Assembly (NCBI GenBank): GCA_035536395.1
Contig: DATLOE010000017.1
Span: forward strand, 1-56,757
DNA: 56,757 nucleotides
From: Candidatus Dormiibacterota bacterium
Lineage (GTDB): Bacteria; Patescibacteriota; Saccharimonadia; UBA4664; DATLOE01
Reading direction: 5' to 3'
Both the position numbers and the translations under genes were made by a program. The first letter of the stretch is position 1. Every line of letters starts with the position of its first letter. The notes beneath the pieces are model-generated. The model was not told the DNA's origin, did no database searches, and saw only the letters and a program-made list of their open reading frames with translations. Of this stretch, positions 13,189-24,469 are shown piece after piece.

Positions 13189-13404
13189 ATGGCAGATGAC
13201 CAGGTAAACCCAAATCCTCAGGAAGAAACTACTGAGGAAGAAGTACAACAACCAGCAGAAGGTTCTGAAGCTACTGCCCCTGCAGCACCAGAGATTGGTG
13301 AAGCACCAGCTGAGGCAGGAGCACCAGAAGCTGTAACTCCCGAGGGTCAGCCTCAGGAGCCATCTTCTGAAGAAGGTACTGAAGAGAACCCCCCAACGGT
13401 TTAG
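13189..13404 (+). CDS. small acidic Pro/Glu/Ala-rich (disordered) protein
   Basis: A strong RBS, AAAGGAGG, lies 6 nt upstream. The hairpin AACCTCGCA-AAT-GCGAGGTT plus T-run follows at about 13428-13455. Confidence 0.6.
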   Translation: MADDQVNPNPQEETTEEEVQQPAEGSEATAPAAPEIGEAPAEAGAPEAVTPEGQPQEPSSEEGTEENPPTV

Positions 13405-13502
13405 TAGTACTTAGTTTGTTCAAGCTAAAAACCTCGCAAATGCGAGGTTTTTAGTATTTAAGGTATTTAGCCTCGGCTAAAATAGCTGTTAAACTTATAT
13501 TT

Positions 13503-14807
13503 ATGAAAGCGCAATGGCAGAAGGTGAGGTACGGATACGGGCCGGTTCTAGGCCTGATTATTTGTTTAATACCGCTTGTATTGTGGCTGCCAAGGCAACC
13601 CATAGACTCCTACTTCTCTGAGCCAAGCATTATTTTTGCCACGCTTGCTAAGATCTGCTCATTAACCGGCATTGCAATGTTCGCCTGGGCTTTGATATTA
13701 AGTGCCAGATTGAGATTTCTGGAGCGGGCGCATAACGGGCTAGATAAGGTATACCGCTACCACCACATATTCGGCGGTCTGGCATTCATATTAATAATGC
13801 TGCATCCGGTATTTCTAACCCTCAAATTCGAGGCTATAGCAAGTGGCTTATCGGCTGAACTATGGTGGAGTGGTAATTTCAGCTTAGTATTGGGGCGTTT
13901 GGCTCTGGCCGTAATGGTCTTTGCTCTAATATTTGCGTACTTTATTAAATTGAAGCACCTGGCCTGGGTAAGGGTGCATCGAATACTCGGCTTGGTTTTT
14001 ATTATCGGTTCTTGGCATGCCTTGGCGGTTCGGGGTCAGCTAGACGTCAATCCGCCCCTGTTTTCTTATATGCTTACACTTATGAGCCTGGGGAGTCTGG
14101 CCTATTTTTACCATTCTATTTTTGGGACACTCTTAATTAAACGCTTTCGGTATACCGTAGAGAGGGTGGAGCGTCCAGCCCGCGATATTACAGAAATCAT
14201 CTTAAAGCCAAAACGCTGGCCAATTATCTTTACCCCGGGCCAGTTTGCCTTTGTTAGTGTGCGTGATCCTCATGTAGATACTGAGGCGCACCCATACTCT
14301 TTTGCCGGGAGTAGCCATGAGCGCAGCGTTAGGTTCGTAGTTAAGGCCCTGGGCGATCACACCCGAAAGCTAGAGGATGTCTTGCCGGGTTCGGAGGTGA
14401 TATTAGAAGGTCCTTACGGCCGGTTCAGTCATTTAAATATGTCAAAGAGGCGGCAGATTTGGGTGGCTGGGGGTATCGGTATAACACCCTTTTTAAGCAT
14501 GGCTCATAGCTTATCGGCACGGTACAAGGTAGACCTATATGATTGCAATAAAACTGCGGGGGAGGCTGTATATGCCAAAGAATTGCAGGCGCTGGCAGAT
14601 AAGAATCCGAACTTTCGGCTGATTCAGGTTTGTGAGGATGAAGACGGTTTTGTGAGCGCCCAGATGATCAAGGAAGCATCGGGTGATTTAACAAATGCCG
14701 ATATATTAATCTGCGGGCCGCCGCAAATGGCTGACGCGCTAATGGGTCAGTTCGAGGATTTGGGTATTGATCCCGACCGCCTGCACTTCGAAGATTTCCG
14801 GTATTAG
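13503..14807 (+). CDS. ferric-reductase/NOX-like protein: 6-TM di-haem domain fused to FAD- and NAD(P)H-binding domains
   Basis: There are two His pairs spaced 13 residues apart in TM helices (HIFGGLAFILIMLH and HRILGLVFIIGSWH). An HPYSF FAD motif and a VAGGIGITPF NAD(P)H motif are present. Confidence 0.8.
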   Translation: MKAQWQKVRYGYGPVLGLIICLIPLVLWLPRQPIDSYFSEPSIIFATLAKICSLTGIAMFAWALILSARLRFLERAHNGLDKVYRYHHIFGGLAFILIMLHPVFLTLKFEAIASGLSAELWWSGNFSLVLGRLALAVMVFALIFAYFIKLKHLAWVRVHRILGLVFIIGSWHALAVRGQLDVNPPLFSYMLTLMSLGSLAYFYHSIFGTLLIKRFRYTVERVERPARDITEIILKPKRWPIIFTPGQFAFVSVRDPHVDTEAHPYSFAGSSHERSVRFVVKALGDHTRKLEDVLPGSEVILEGPYGRFSHLNMSKRRQIWVAGGIGITPFLSMAHSLSARYKVDLYDCNKTAGEAVYAKELQALADKNPNFRLIQVCEDEDGFVSAQMIKEASGDLTNADILICGPPQMADALMGQFEDLGIDPDRLHFEDFRY

Positions 14808-14866
14808 TTCTGGCTTGCCGAAAGTAAAACAGAGGGGCATAATTACATTAGATAAGTGAGGGTGGT

Positions 14867-16006
14867 ATGAAAAAGCTGTTTTTATTTTTAATCTTTGGCC
14901 TGTTAGTTACTGCTGTGCCAGTATCGGCTGCTGTAACAAAAGGCGGGGAAGTGCCTCGGGTTGAAGCTGGGGAGATCGTTAACGATGACCTATTTATAGG
15001 TGGAGAGAGCGTAGAGATTCATGGAACAGTTAACGGCGATGTTTATGCCGCCAGCAGCAAGCGCCTGAGTATTTCCGGAACTGTTAACGGCGATGTGATT
15101 GCTGTAGCCGGAGAAACTCTGGAGATCACCGGAACAGTCAAAGGCAGCGTTAGAACAATCAGTTCGGTTCTAAACCTTACAGGAGCCAGTGTCGGCAATA
15201 GCTTGAGTGCGTTTGCCGAAAGCATGACGCTCGATAAAGATTCATCGGTTGCCGGCGGGTTGATTTTCGCCGGTAGTGATGCGGCTATTCGCGCTAAAGT
15301 CGGTCGGGGTATTACTGGAGCAGCAGGTGCCGTTAGTCTGGATAATGAAGTCGGTCGGGATGTTAGATTATCAGCCAGTGAGCTGACTCTTAATTCCGGT
15401 ACCAAGATTAATGGCAATTTAACGTATGATTCTGAGAAAGATTTAATCAGGAATCAGGGTGCGGTTGTAACGGCCGGTGTGAAACGAGTAGAGAGAGAAA
15501 AGAAAGAGCAGCAGCCAGTCGGCGGACCGAATTGGACAATGATAGTTTGGGGATTTGTAAGTATGGCCCTAGTCGGCCTGGCCTTAATCCGCTTTATGCC
15601 AACAGCAGCCCCGGGTATAGCCGGAGCTATCAGTAATCGGCCATGGGCGGCTCTGGGCTTCGGTTTCCTGGCTTTGATATCGATTTTGCCGGCCTGCTTC
15701 ATACTGCTTTTCAGTCTTGTAGGTATCCCATTAGGTATTCTGCTATTTGTCGGTTTTATGGTGGCAGCTTACCTTTCGACTGTGTTTGTGGCGCTGGCCT
15801 TTGGCGGCGCGATTGCTGCCCGCACCCAGCGGCCAGCAAGCAACTATGCATACTTTTTAATCGGTTTAACGCTATTGACGATTCTGGGTATTATTCCATT
15901 CATTGGTGGATGGGTGAAGTTTGCTACCGCACTGCTCGGTTTAGGTGGAATTGCAATATACGAAAACATCAGACTGGCTGGGCCGCGTAAAACCCCACAA
16001 GCCTAG
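14867..16006 (+). CDS. secreted bactofilin-like/beta-helix repeat domain fused to a C-terminal polytopic membrane domain
   Basis: The signal peptide is MKKLFLFLIFGLLVTAVPVSA. The repeats are IHGTVNGDVYA / ISGTVNGDVIA / ITGTVKGSVRT. About 5 TM helices lie at the C-terminus. Confidence 0.7.
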   Translation: MKKLFLFLIFGLLVTAVPVSAAVTKGGEVPRVEAGEIVNDDLFIGGESVEIHGTVNGDVYAASSKRLSISGTVNGDVIAVAGETLEITGTVKGSVRTISSVLNLTGASVGNSLSAFAESMTLDKDSSVAGGLIFAGSDAAIRAKVGRGITGAAGAVSLDNEVGRDVRLSASELTLNSGTKINGNLTYDSEKDLIRNQGAVVTAGVKRVEREKKEQQPVGGPNWTMIVWGFVSMALVGLALIRFMPTAAPGIAGAISNRPWAALGFGFLALISILPACFILLFSLVGIPLGILLFVGFMVAAYLSTVFVALAFGGAIAARTQRPASNYAYFLIGLTLLTILGIIPFIGGWVKFATALLGLGGIAIYENIRLAGPRKTPQA

Positions 16007-16179
16007 CTTTTTTCTGGCGGCAGCTCTTTCTCCAGCTCCTTCGGATCGCCATAAACCTCACGTTCAACCTCACTGGCGTACGGCAAATCTTCGGTTGGGT
16101 CACCGTGTACTTCACGCTCGATTTCTTCGGCTAGTTTTTGATCTTTCTCTGACTCAGGATTGTAACCGGGTATTTCCAT
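16003..16179 (-). CDS. possible small acidic protein (58 aa; below the ORF-track cutoff)
   Basis: The ATG is at 16179, preceded by AAAGG. The product is MEIPGYNPESEKDQKLAEEIEREVHGDPTEDLPYASEVEREVYGDPKELEKELPPEKS, with an internal EREV(H/Y)GDP repeat. It overlaps the convergent stop at 16004-16006. Confidence 0.4.
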   Translation of the reverse strand: MEIPGYNPESEKDQKLAEEIEREVHGDPTEDLPYASEVEREVYGDPKELEKELPPEKS

Positions 16180-16226
16180 ATAAACCTTTCTTGCATTATT
16201 AATATTTTATATCGATACTTTAAGTA

Positions 16227-16622
16227 ATGAAAACGATTAAGCAATCTGTAATATTCGACTGCCCGGCGCATGCGGTATATGCAGCATTCATGAGTGAGAA
16301 AAAGCATGCCGAATTTACTCACGCACCAGCATCTATCGAACCAAAGGTGGGCGGAAAATACACCGCTTATGAGGACGGACTGGTGGGGGAGTTTATCAAA
16401 CTAGTGCCCGACGAGCTCATCGGCATGAAGTGGCGCTGTGTAATGGACGGCTGGCCGGAAGATCATTATTCCACAATTACCATCGAGCTGAATCAAACAT
16501 CAGACGGAACCGAACTCGAGCTTACACAGACTGATGTGCCTGACGCGTGTGAAGAATCAATCGCGGCTGGCTGGCATGAGTTCTACTGGGAGCCGATGCA
16601 AGAGTTGCTGGATAGGGATTAA
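16227..16622 (+). CDS. SRPBCC-superfamily protein (Aha1/START-like)
   Basis: 131 aa. The pattern SVIFDCPAHAVYAAFMSEKKHAEFT...GGKYTAY...W and the overall length fit the AHSA1 domain. Confidence 0.6.
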   Translation: MKTIKQSVIFDCPAHAVYAAFMSEKKHAEFTHAPASIEPKVGGKYTAYEDGLVGEFIKLVPDELIGMKWRCVMDGWPEDHYSTITIELNQTSDGTELELTQTDVPDACEESIAAGWHEFYWEPMQELLDRD

Positions 16623-16672
16623 GCCCCTCGCTTTTTGATGCAAAAAAGTTGTAATTTTATCTGCAAAAAGGG

Positions 16673-16701
16673 TTTACACTATATCCTGTTTCTGATAAAT
16701 T
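16673..16701 (+). promoter_or_regulatory. 23S-5S rRNA promoter (TTTACA - 17 nt - TAAATT)
   Basis: The -35 is at 16673-16678 and the -10 at 16696-16701. It lies about 330 nt upstream of 23S. Two AT-rich hairpins follow at 16909-16942 and 16953-16990. Confidence 0.45.
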
Positions 16702-17006
16702 AATAGAAATCGATGAGGAGCTCATATATGAGTAGACAACTTACTAATAACGGCGGAGTCGCAGGAGACGGTTAGATATAAGTTTGTCTGTTTGAATGTG
16801 AGCTCCGCTGAGGTTAATCCCGAAGCGGAGTTTTAAGTTGCTTGAAAAATCGACTTTATCAGAATAGCGCATCCCTCGGGCTGCATTCATCTGACTAAAG
16901 TCTTATACAGTGATTAATTTGCTCAATTAATTAATCACTTTTAGGGTAAAAATATTCATTTATTAAATGGTTAATAAATGAATGCAATTTATGGTGATTT
17001 GAAATT

Positions 17007-17024
17007 ACAAATCGCTAGTTAAAT
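17007..17024 (+). other. 5' arm of the 23S precursor processing stem (pairs with 20189-20206)
   Basis: ACAAATCGCTAGTTAAAT pairs with ATTTAACTAGCGGTTTGT, giving 17 Watson-Crick pairs of 18 and one A/G mismatch. Confidence 0.7.
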
Positions 17025-17027
17025 CGA

Positions 17028-20144
<3,117 letters not shown>

Positions 20145-20188
20145 TCATTCCGTCAGCTGCAATCTTCGGATTGCTTCTGTCGGGAAGT

Positions 20189-20206
20189 ATTTAACTAGCG
20201 GTTTGT
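20189..20206 (+). other. 3' arm of the 23S precursor processing stem
   Basis: It is complementary to 17007-17024. Confidence 0.7.
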
Positions 20207-20316
20207 GGTTTGCAAAAACCATGCACCTTTTACCTTTACTTAGGGTTGCCTGCTACAAGTGGGTGATTCTACTCGACTAAAGCGTCGAGGCCGCAGCTGA
20301 ATAATCAGCTTTGGCC

Positions 20317-20423
20317 CCGGTGCTTTTAGCGGGGAGGCCACACCTGTTCCCATCCCGAACACAGAAGTTAAGCTCCCCAGCGGCGATGATACTCACTTTG
20401 TGGGGAAAGTAGCACGGTGCCGG
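20317..20423 (+). rRNA. rrf: 5S ribosomal RNA
   Basis: Landmarks seen: CCACACCTGTTCCCATCCCGAACACAGAAGTTAAGC and GGGAAAGTAGCACGGTGCCGG. Helix I closes with G-U pairs. The ends are accurate to within a few nt. Confidence 0.9.
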
Positions 20424-20432
20424 ATTATCAAA

Positions 20433-20462
20433 AAGACCTTTGCGCAAGCAGGGTCTTTTTGT
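20433..20462 (+). terminator. intrinsic terminator of the 23S-5S unit
   Basis: The hairpin AAGACCTTTGC-GCAA-GCAGGGTCTT is followed by TTTTTG. Confidence 0.7.
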
Positions 20463-20506
20463 ATTGATGGCAGTTAGGATAGGGTGTAAACTGCGCCGTA
20501 AGCACC

Positions 20507-20938
20507 TTGAAAGGGGAGTGTGTGTCTTATAGCTTTGATACACCTTTTTCATCCAATACCGGCAGTACAAAGGGATCCGAAGTATTACTACAAGGTCTCG
20601 ATCTAACTACGCTTTCAGGTAGGGATGTTATATCAGTAGATACACGGCATAGCCTGTATAAGATACTTTTGCTTGAGCCCGACGACCAGGAGCCACCCCT
20701 TTGGCTGGCGGAGGTGCAGGGGAGCGGGGTTTTCTTCACGGACCCTACCCAGCTATATTTGATAGGATCGGATTCAGGATTCTTCCGGCGCCATCCAGGA
20801 CAAGGAGTTAATCTACAGGAATTGATTAATTGTCATATAGTGCAGCAGTTGCCGCTTGTGGTTACCGACGAAGATGACACCTGTATAGTACTTAGCCCCA
20901 CCGAGCACGTATGGGTAAATGGCCAGCGCTTTTTTTAA
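20507..20938 (+). CDS. hypothetical protein
   Basis: 143-aa ORF with no recognisable motif. The start is uncertain. Confidence 0.45.
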   Translation: MKGECVSYSFDTPFSSNTGSTKGSEVLLQGLDLTTLSGRDVISVDTRHSLYKILLLEPDDQEPPLWLAEVQGSGVFFTDPTQLYLIGSDSGFFRRHPGQGVNLQELINCHIVQQLPLVVTDEDDTCIVLSPTEHVWVNGQRFF

Positions 20939-20947
20939 GGTGTCGCG

Positions 20948-21112
20948 ATGAGCACTCTAGAGGTAACCCTCGTTGTAATTGGCCTTCCAGCGTTTACCAT
21001 AGGGCTTGGGCTTGCCATCGTTTCTCTGGAAGAGGATACCAGAAGCAATCTTTGGCTCGGTCTGCCAGTGGTGGCAGCTGGAGCTATTCTAATCTGGCTG
21101 GGCGTGAAATAA
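20948..21112 (+). CDS. small two-TM membrane protein (54 aa, below the ORF-track cutoff)
   Basis: An AAGGTG RBS lies 6 nt upstream. The product is MSTLEVTLVVIGLPAFTIGLGLAIVSLEEDTRSNLWLGLPVVAAGAILIWLGVK. A double hairpin follows. Confidence 0.5.
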   Translation: MSTLEVTLVVIGLPAFTIGLGLAIVSLEEDTRSNLWLGLPVVAAGAILIWLGVK

Positions 21113-21115
21113 TGG

Positions 21116-21180
21116 CTCCCTCCAAGGGCAAGAAAGCTCTTGGAGGGAGTGTAGACCTACTTTCAGTAGGTCTTTTATTT
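21116..21180 (+). terminator. tandem hairpins, the second followed by a T-run
   Basis: CTCCCTCCAAG...CTTGGAGGGAG forms an 11-bp stem. AGACCTAC-TTTCA-GTAGGTCT follows, then TTTATTT. Confidence 0.6.
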
Positions 21181-21217
21181 GTGTGTTATGCTAAAGCTAA
21201 TTAATGTGAGGGTAAAA

Positions 21218-21379
21218 ATGGCAGAGAATAACCAACCAGCAAAAGGCGGCGGCTACGGCAAGCGCCCATTATGGCAATGGATTCTTTTATATCTCGTAGT
21301 AGGCGGTGCGCTTTACTACGTTATTTATGTGCTATTTATTGCTGGTGGCCAGGGTAATGGCGCCGGTTACAGCTACTAG
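21218..21379 (+). CDS. small membrane protein (53 aa; start at the internal ATG of ORF 21179..21379)
   Basis: A GAGGG RBS is present. The product is MAENNQPAKGGGYGKRPLWQWILLYLVVGGALYYVIYVLFIAGG... Confidence 0.5.
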   Translation: MAENNQPAKGGGYGKRPLWQWILLYLVVGGALYYVIYVLFIAGGQGNGAGYSY

Positions 21380-21882
21380 TTTCTAATTAGCTGATAAATC
21401 GCGATTCCGGCAGCAACGCTGACATTCAGCGACTCCTTGCTGCCGGCTTGTGGTATACATAGCACTTCATCGCACATATTTAATATTCTCTCACTGACAC
21501 CGCTTACTTCGTTGCCTACGATTAAAGCAGCCGGCAGCTTAGGCTTAAAATCTAAAATATTAGTTGCGTTCGGAGCTAATTCCAATACATAAATTACCCA
21601 GCCATTTTGGTGTAAGTATGAAACCGCTTGGCTTGTATCATTATAGTACTCAATTTTTACTGTCTTCTCTGCGCCGAGCGCAGACTTAGCTATTTCGCGG
21701 GTATTACGGTTAATTACTACCGGGTCGCGTGCATCTTTTGGCAGGCGCGGGTAGGGAGTAGTACCGCAGCAAATTATATGGTTTACACCTGCAGAATCGC
21801 ATGTTCTAAGCAGGCTACCTACATTATAGGAACTGCGTAAATTGTCTAAAATAAGCGTAAGTTGAACCATATGTATACTCAA
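21376..21882 (-). CDS. SpoU/TrmH-family RNA 2'-O-methyltransferase
   Basis: Motifs seen: LDNLRSSYNVGSLLRTCDSAG, LIVGNEVSGVS and IPQAGSKESLNVSVAAGIAIYQL, the last being the SPOUT knot motifs. Confidence 0.85.
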   Translation of the reverse strand: MSIHMVQLTLILDNLRSSYNVGSLLRTCDSAGVNHIICCGTTPYPRLPKDARDPVVINRNTREIAKSALGAEKTVKIEYYNDTSQAVSYLHQNGWVIYVLELAPNATNILDFKPKLPAALIVGNEVSGVSERILNMCDEVLCIPQAGSKESLNVSVAAGIAIYQLIRN

Positions 21883-21929
21883 TTATATAGCATTACGAAT
21901 ACAGCAAAAATATTGAGCACAAAAAGTAT

Positions 21930-21958
21930 TTGACAACATAAGCTCTTTCTGTTAGTAT
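21930..21958 (+). promoter_or_regulatory. promoter of the KGG stress-protein gene (TTGACA - 17 nt - TAGTAT)
   Basis: The -35 matches consensus and the spacing is exact. It implies a 5' UTR of about 130 nt. Confidence 0.5.
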
Positions 21959-22091
21959 ATAAACCGTAGTAAACCACTTATGGTCGTACTAACAAAATAA
22001 TGCAAAAAGCATTACAGGCGGTTTGTTAAAACAACTAAAGCGGTTAACAAGTGTCTCTGACACAATAGTAAGCAATTAAAGGAGAATTAAT

Positions 22092-22292
22092 ATGCCAGGT
22101 ACACCCGCAGGAGGCCGAAAAGCTGCAGCTACTAACAAGCAGCGTTACGGAATGAACTTCTATATGACCATTGGCCGCAAAGGCGGTCAGATCAGCCGTG
22201 GTGGTGGTTTTGCCCACAACCCGGAACTAGCTCGTGTTGCCGGCCGCAAAGGCGGTCAGGCTAGTCGTCGGCGCAAGTCGAACGAACAATAA
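22092..22292 (+). CDS. KGG-repeat general stress protein (YciG/GsiB-like)
   Basis: Two copies of GRKGGQ(I/A)SR are present. An AAAGGAG RBS precedes the gene. A bidirectional terminator, AGGCTCCC-GTAA-GGGGGCCT-TTTT, lies at 22315-22338. Confidence 0.8.
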   Translation: MPGTPAGGRKAAATNKQRYGMNFYMTIGRKGGQISRGGGFAHNPELARVAGRKGGQASRRRKSNEQ

Positions 22293-22343
22293 AAACGTAA
22301 AATAGATCCTAAAAAGGCTCCCGTAAGGGGGCCTTTTTAGTTG

Positions 22344-22868
22344 TCAGGCTGAAGCGTTAGAGAGTGTAGGTGGTTCGTAGCGGTAGGTAATGGTTCTTTT
22401 TACCCGGCGGTCTTTACGCCAGTTCACAGTCCACTCCGAGCCACAGACAAAACAGCCGTATGAATCACGTCCTTTCTGCAGGCTGAAGTTCTTGCAGTCC
22501 GGGCAGGTAGCCCGGCGGCTCAGCCAGGTGTCATATGTATCTATACAGCTGGCAATGTGGGCCTCATTAACCTTAATTCCATACTGGCCGGCCAGCTTTC
22601 GAGTTAGCTCCCAGGCGTCCATTTCCATATTAATAAGTTCTATATCGTATTTGTAGATTTTGTGGTTTAAAAGTCCGTGACAGATTTCGTGCAGCAGGCC
22701 CAGGCGTCCGCCTTGAGTCTTTATGCGCCGCTGGTCGTACATAATAGTCTTGTCATACGGCGACCACATGAAGAACCCTCCCGGGATAAAATTGAACTGG
22801 TCTTCGTATTGCTTAATTAAATCCACTAACCCTCCGGCCTGACAGCTACCCTTGGAAGTCGCCGCCAA
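22344..22868 (-). CDS. putative Zn-metallopeptidase (HExxH, SprT-like architecture) with a C-terminal zinc ribbon
   Basis: Motifs seen: LLHEICHGLLNH, then CPDC...CFVC. The start is uncertain: TTG at 22868, with the next ATG 33 codons downstream. Confidence 0.55.
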   Translation of the reverse strand: MAATSKGSCQAGGLVDLIKQYEDQFNFIPGGFFMWSPYDKTIMYDQRRIKTQGGRLGLLHEICHGLLNHKIYKYDIELINMEMDAWELTRKLAGQYGIKVNEAHIASCIDTYDTWLSRRATCPDCKNFSLQKGRDSYGCFVCGSEWTVNWRKDRRVKRTITYRYEPPTLSNASA

Positions 22869-22929
22869 TTTACTGCAACATGTTTGAAAGTATATGCCCG
22901 CATCTTCAGCGGTTCAAGCTTAAGCGTGA

Positions 22930-23781
22930 TTATTTCTGTTTTAGTTTTGAGGCTAAGATTAATGCTCCGTAGGCCGGTGCTGTCTCGATGAATTTAGCTG
23001 GCACAATCGGGGGTAGAGGGTAGAGCGGCTTGCAGGATTTGAGGTGCTTAATTAAAGGCTTTTCGAACTTTTTAAAGTGGACATTAACCCCGCCCCCCAT
23101 AACAACGATTGAAGGGGAGATAGTGGTGATTAAATTGTATATTCCCTGGGCCATATCATGGGCCAATTCATCCCAGATTTTGGCTTGAGTGATTTCATAA
23201 CCATAAACCCCGAAGCGCCGCTTAATGGCCGGGCCTGAAACAGCCCGCTCCAGCTCCTCGGCTTGGTTTTCGGCGTGAATCAGCATATGCCCTCCCTCTG
23301 GGTCATACGCGCCGTGGTAAATCTGACCATCCATAATGATACCTGTACCTACACCAGTAGAAATCGTCACATACAAGACGTAGTCATAGCCTTTGGCGGC
23401 TCCCAGCTTTGCTTCGGCCAAGGCGGCCACGTTACAGTCCTTTTCCAATACAACTGGCACTTTAAAGTGGTTTTTGAGGTGGCTTGTGACATTCACCGGC
23501 TCCCACCCCATATTGGGAGTTTTGAGAATCATGCCCTTTTTTCTGTCTTGCGGTCCTGGTGCGGCAACAGCGATGGATTTAACTTTCTTGTTCCCGGCCA
23601 CTTGCTCTATAACGTGCGTCATCTCTACCATTCCTTGGTGGGCATGATGGGGGGTAGGGAACTTCTGACTGGCCAATATCTTGTAATCGTCGTCTCCGCC
23701 CACGACCAGAATTTTAGATGCACCGATGTCTACGCCGATATTCATACTATTAGTATAGCGCTTACGGTTTATTATACGCAA
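22930..23781 (-). CDS. ROK-family glucokinase / sugar kinase
   Basis: Motifs seen: IGVDIGASKI, NVAALAE and YVTISTGVGTGII. The length is typical of ROK kinases. Confidence 0.85.
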   Translation of the reverse strand: MRIINRKRYTNSMNIGVDIGASKILVVGGDDDYKILASQKFPTPHHAHQGMVEMTHVIEQVAGNKKVKSIAVAAPGPQDRKKGMILKTPNMGWEPVNVTSHLKNHFKVPVVLEKDCNVAALAEAKLGAAKGYDYVLYVTISTGVGTGIIMDGQIYHGAYDPEGGHMLIHAENQAEELERAVSGPAIKRRFGVYGYEITQAKIWDELAHDMAQGIYNLITTISPSIVVMGGGVNVHFKKFEKPLIKHLKSCKPLYPLPPIVPAKFIETAPAYGALILASKLKQK

Positions 23782-24009
23782 AGCCCTTTAAATAATATTG
23801 ACTTTATAGAGCATAAATGTTATACTTGCGTTCATTCTTTAGGATTAGGGATGGGGCGTGTGAGGTGGAGAATAAATATGAGTGCTCACCTCCTTGTATT
23901 GTCTTCTCTCCGCGTCCCTTCCGTGCTCCCGAAGAATGTACTTTGCAGCTTACCGTTCGCCGGTAAGCTGTTTTGTTGTATACTAAGGGCAATTCAAGGG
24001 GTAGAAAAA

Positions 24010-24345
24010 ATGAATAGGGAAACAGTAAAAACATTGGGCGGCCTGATAATAGTTGCGGTAATTGTGGCGGCGACCTTTATGTACGGCAATCAGCAGCGAG
24101 AGGCCCAGCAGCGCCGTGACCAAGATTTGAAAAAACAGCAACAGACGCAGCAACCTAAGGTTGATACTGGCGGGCAGCAGAGCCAGCCCCTACAGGGAGG
24201 TGCTCAGCCGCCTATTAATGCCACCAGAACTCCGGAGACAGGAGGAGAGTTGGCATATTTGGCTGGTCTTACTGCAATAGCCTTGCTTTGGCGGATCAAC
24301 CGCCAGTCTCAAAAAGCTGTACGCCAGGCAGCACTCAGCCACTAA
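24010..24345 (+). CDS. small Gln-rich protein with an N-terminal TM/signal anchor and a C-terminal TPETG sortase-type sorting signal (111 aa)
   Basis: This is the in-frame ATG within ORF 23263..24345, whose upstream part is antisense to the glucokinase gene. The C-terminus is TPETGGELAYLAGLTAIALLWRINRQSQK. Confidence 0.6.
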   Translation: MNRETVKTLGGLIIVAVIVAATFMYGNQQREAQQRRDQDLKKQQQTQQPKVDTGGQQSQPLQGGAQPPINATRTPETGGELAYLAGLTAIALLWRINRQSQKAVRQAALSH

Positions 24346-24420
24346 AAAAACGAAAATTCTAAGACCAACTGGAGTAATCAGCTTGCTTCTGGGTGGCAGG
24401 TCGCGTAAAATAATCATTAA

Positions 24421-24452
24421 TCACTCGAGGTGCGAGTGAAAATTTTTTTGAA
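24421..24452 (+). terminator. hairpin plus T-run upstream of rpsA
   Basis: The hairpin TCACTCG-AGGTG-CGAGTGA is followed by AAATTTTTTT. Confidence 0.45.
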
Positions 24453-24469
24453 GGGAGATTATTTTACGA

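Noticed and set aside
23263-24009. The N-terminal 249 codons of the 360-aa ORF 23263..24345.
   Set aside because: This part is antisense to the well-supported ROK glucokinase gene and has no motifs. Only the 3' part, from ATG 24010 with an RBS and coherent TM plus sorting-signal architecture, is credible.
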